Source: a virus (taxonomy: Duplodnaviria > Caudoviricetes). From it: a stretch of 64,000 nucleotides of DNA. The stretch covers positions 32,001 to 96,000 of IMG/VR virus record IMGVR_UViG_3300026549_000043; one strand, 5' to 3'. Shown here piece by piece: positions 62,346 through 64,000 of the stretch (positions are counted from its first letter, which is position 1; every line of letters starts with the position of its first letter). A model generated the notes under the pieces. The model was given only the letters and a program-made list of their open reading frames with translations, ran no database searches and was not told where the DNA came from. The translations under genes and the position numbers were made by a program.

Positions 62346-63098
62346 ATGAAGGTTAATAAAATTACCAAAAATATTTCTGAATCAACATCTAATTCAAACG
62401 GAATTTATTCTTTAAATACTGGGTGGGTAAAGAAACCAGTAAAGGATGATATTCCAGAAGTAGATTTAGAACCTGATTTAACTGAGTGAAGAGACAGGGC
62501 CAAGAGCTGTAATTCTTTAGAAGATATAAATAGTTTTATAGATGATATTTATATCTTAAGACAGAATTCCATTATGAATGATGGAGAATATGGAAAAGGG
62601 AACTTGATTTTTAAAGAAATTAGAAATGAAGGCATATTACAAGAATTGAAAGATAAAAAGGTTAATTTAGAAAATAACGAAATGAGTATAAAAGAAGGAT
62701 TAAAAGATTTTTCTAATGATGTAATTGAAAAACTACTTACTAAATATTCAGATTGTTCAAAGGATGAATTAGATGATGTCTGGGATGAGATCGTAAGAGA
62801 TTATAACGATACTGATTTAGCTGATGAAGTATGTGAATTATTAGATATTAGACTTGATGATTTATATAGTGAATCATTAAAACCTATAAAAGAAGAACCA
62901 TTAGATTATAATGAAAGTGATATTTTTAAACAAAAAAATGAAGCCTGTATCAAAGAATATAGGCAGTGAGCTGGATTATCTGATGATGAATTAATCACTG
63001 AGGATAAAATAAATGAATGAGCTTTAAACCGTGTAAGCTGTAATAATAATTATGATTATAATGATTTAAAAGAAGTATTATGCGGTAATAATAAATAA
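62346..63098 (+). CDS. Probable C-half of the nucleotidyltransferase (3 in-frame TGA)
   Basis: AAGGAG RBS; SNGIYSL..GWVKKP...LRQNSI..DGEYGKGNLIFKEIRN. Confidence 0.6.
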
Positions 63099-63123
63099 GG
63101 AAAGATTGGGGAAATAGAATATT

Positions 63124-64000
63124 ATGAAATTAAAGGTTAAGAGACCAAAGAAATTGGTAGAATCAACTATTAATGAAGCTACCCTAGAAGATACTATTAA
63201 CGCTGCTGAAAAACAAATTGAAAACCCAGAAGTAGCTAGTTATAATTCTACTGGCCAGATTGAACAGGCTTTAGATAGAGCCCTCAAGGTTGCTGAGAGA
63301 ATGAAAAGAACTGGTGGTAATAACTATACTAATGTTTTACTTATTGGTGGTGCTGGTACTGGTAAAACTTCAGCAGTAAGAGACTGAGCTGCAGCTCATA
63401 ATATCAACTTAGTTATGCAAAACACTTCAACAATGGATGAAACAGACCTTACAGGTGTAGTAGCTAGAAGTGCTGAAGGAAACTCAACGGTTAAATTAAG
63501 ATCCGACGTTTTAAGAGGATTGAATGAACCTAGATCAGTATTATTTTTAGATGAATATAATAGAGGTAGAAGCTCAGTTAGAGGAACATTATTAACTTTA
63601 ATTAATGACCATTTAATTGATACTGGTACAGACCAGGAATCAAATATTAAGGGATTATCTGGTAAATTAGAATTAAAGAATATGTTATTTACCATTGCTG
63701 CTATTAACCCGGCTTCAGGTGAATATACTACAGATGAATTAGACCCTGCCGAAATTTCTCGTTTTAGAAGAATTGAAGTTAAGGCTGATAAAAAACATCT
63801 ATTAAATAATGTTTTAATTCCAAAGCTTACAAAACAGGCAGAAAATGGTACTGAAGAAGACCAGGAAATTATTGCCGGACAGATTAACCTAGCAACTAAG
63901 CTTTTATCTGATAAATCATTCCAGTTTGATAATGAAGAAGAAGAAAGACTTGGTTATCAGAAATTCGGAAGAGATTATACTCCATTAAGTCCAAGATCAT
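63124..64000 (+). CDS. MoxR-like AAA+ ATPase (1 in-frame TGA; 3'-truncated by window)
   Basis: GGAGTGKT, then after TGA 63385: LFLDEYNR, AAINP, LDPAEISRF. Confidence 0.85.

Noticed and set aside
10419-63387. In-frame TGAs as sequencing errors or pseudogenes
   Set aside because: Too many, always TGA, at Trp-typical positions, with intact downstream motifs
4306-63695. Minus-strand ORFs in the supplied track
   Set aside because: Short, no motifs or RBS, and antisense to well-supported + strand genes or RNAs

Overview
A 64-kb AT-rich segment of a large lytic bacteriophage genome; every credible gene is on the + strand. It carries replication and recombination genes (DnaB, primase, gp32-like SSB, family-A polymerase, beta clamp with DnaX/HolA/HolB-like loader, SbcCD, RecU, RecA, type IIA topoisomerase), nucleotide metabolism genes, a ~2-kb tRNA/ncRNA island, an array of short accessory cassettes, and late genes behind a conserved TGCTAAATT motif. 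The supplied ORF track is fragmented because in-frame TGA occupies Trp positions in about 15 genes, even though TGG is still the majority Trp codon. The phage encodes a tRNA-Trp(CCA) and, 3 nt upstream, an unusual Sec-like tRNA with a UCA anticodon. Three genes are fractured. A KxDG ligase-like/HxGH-NTase gene is split by an HNH gene and carries a complete natural split intein. nrdD is split by a Vsr-like nuclease and has non-splicing Hint-like tails that resemble an insert in PolA. A Pol-beta NTase is split with no intein. Other features are a candidate cytosine-modification cluster whose kinase P-loop is interrupted by 4 nt, an IF-1 gene with an ATT start, and an iteron-like origin candidate. 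All functional calls come from motif recognition by eye; no searches were run. The host is probably a Bacillota (inference).
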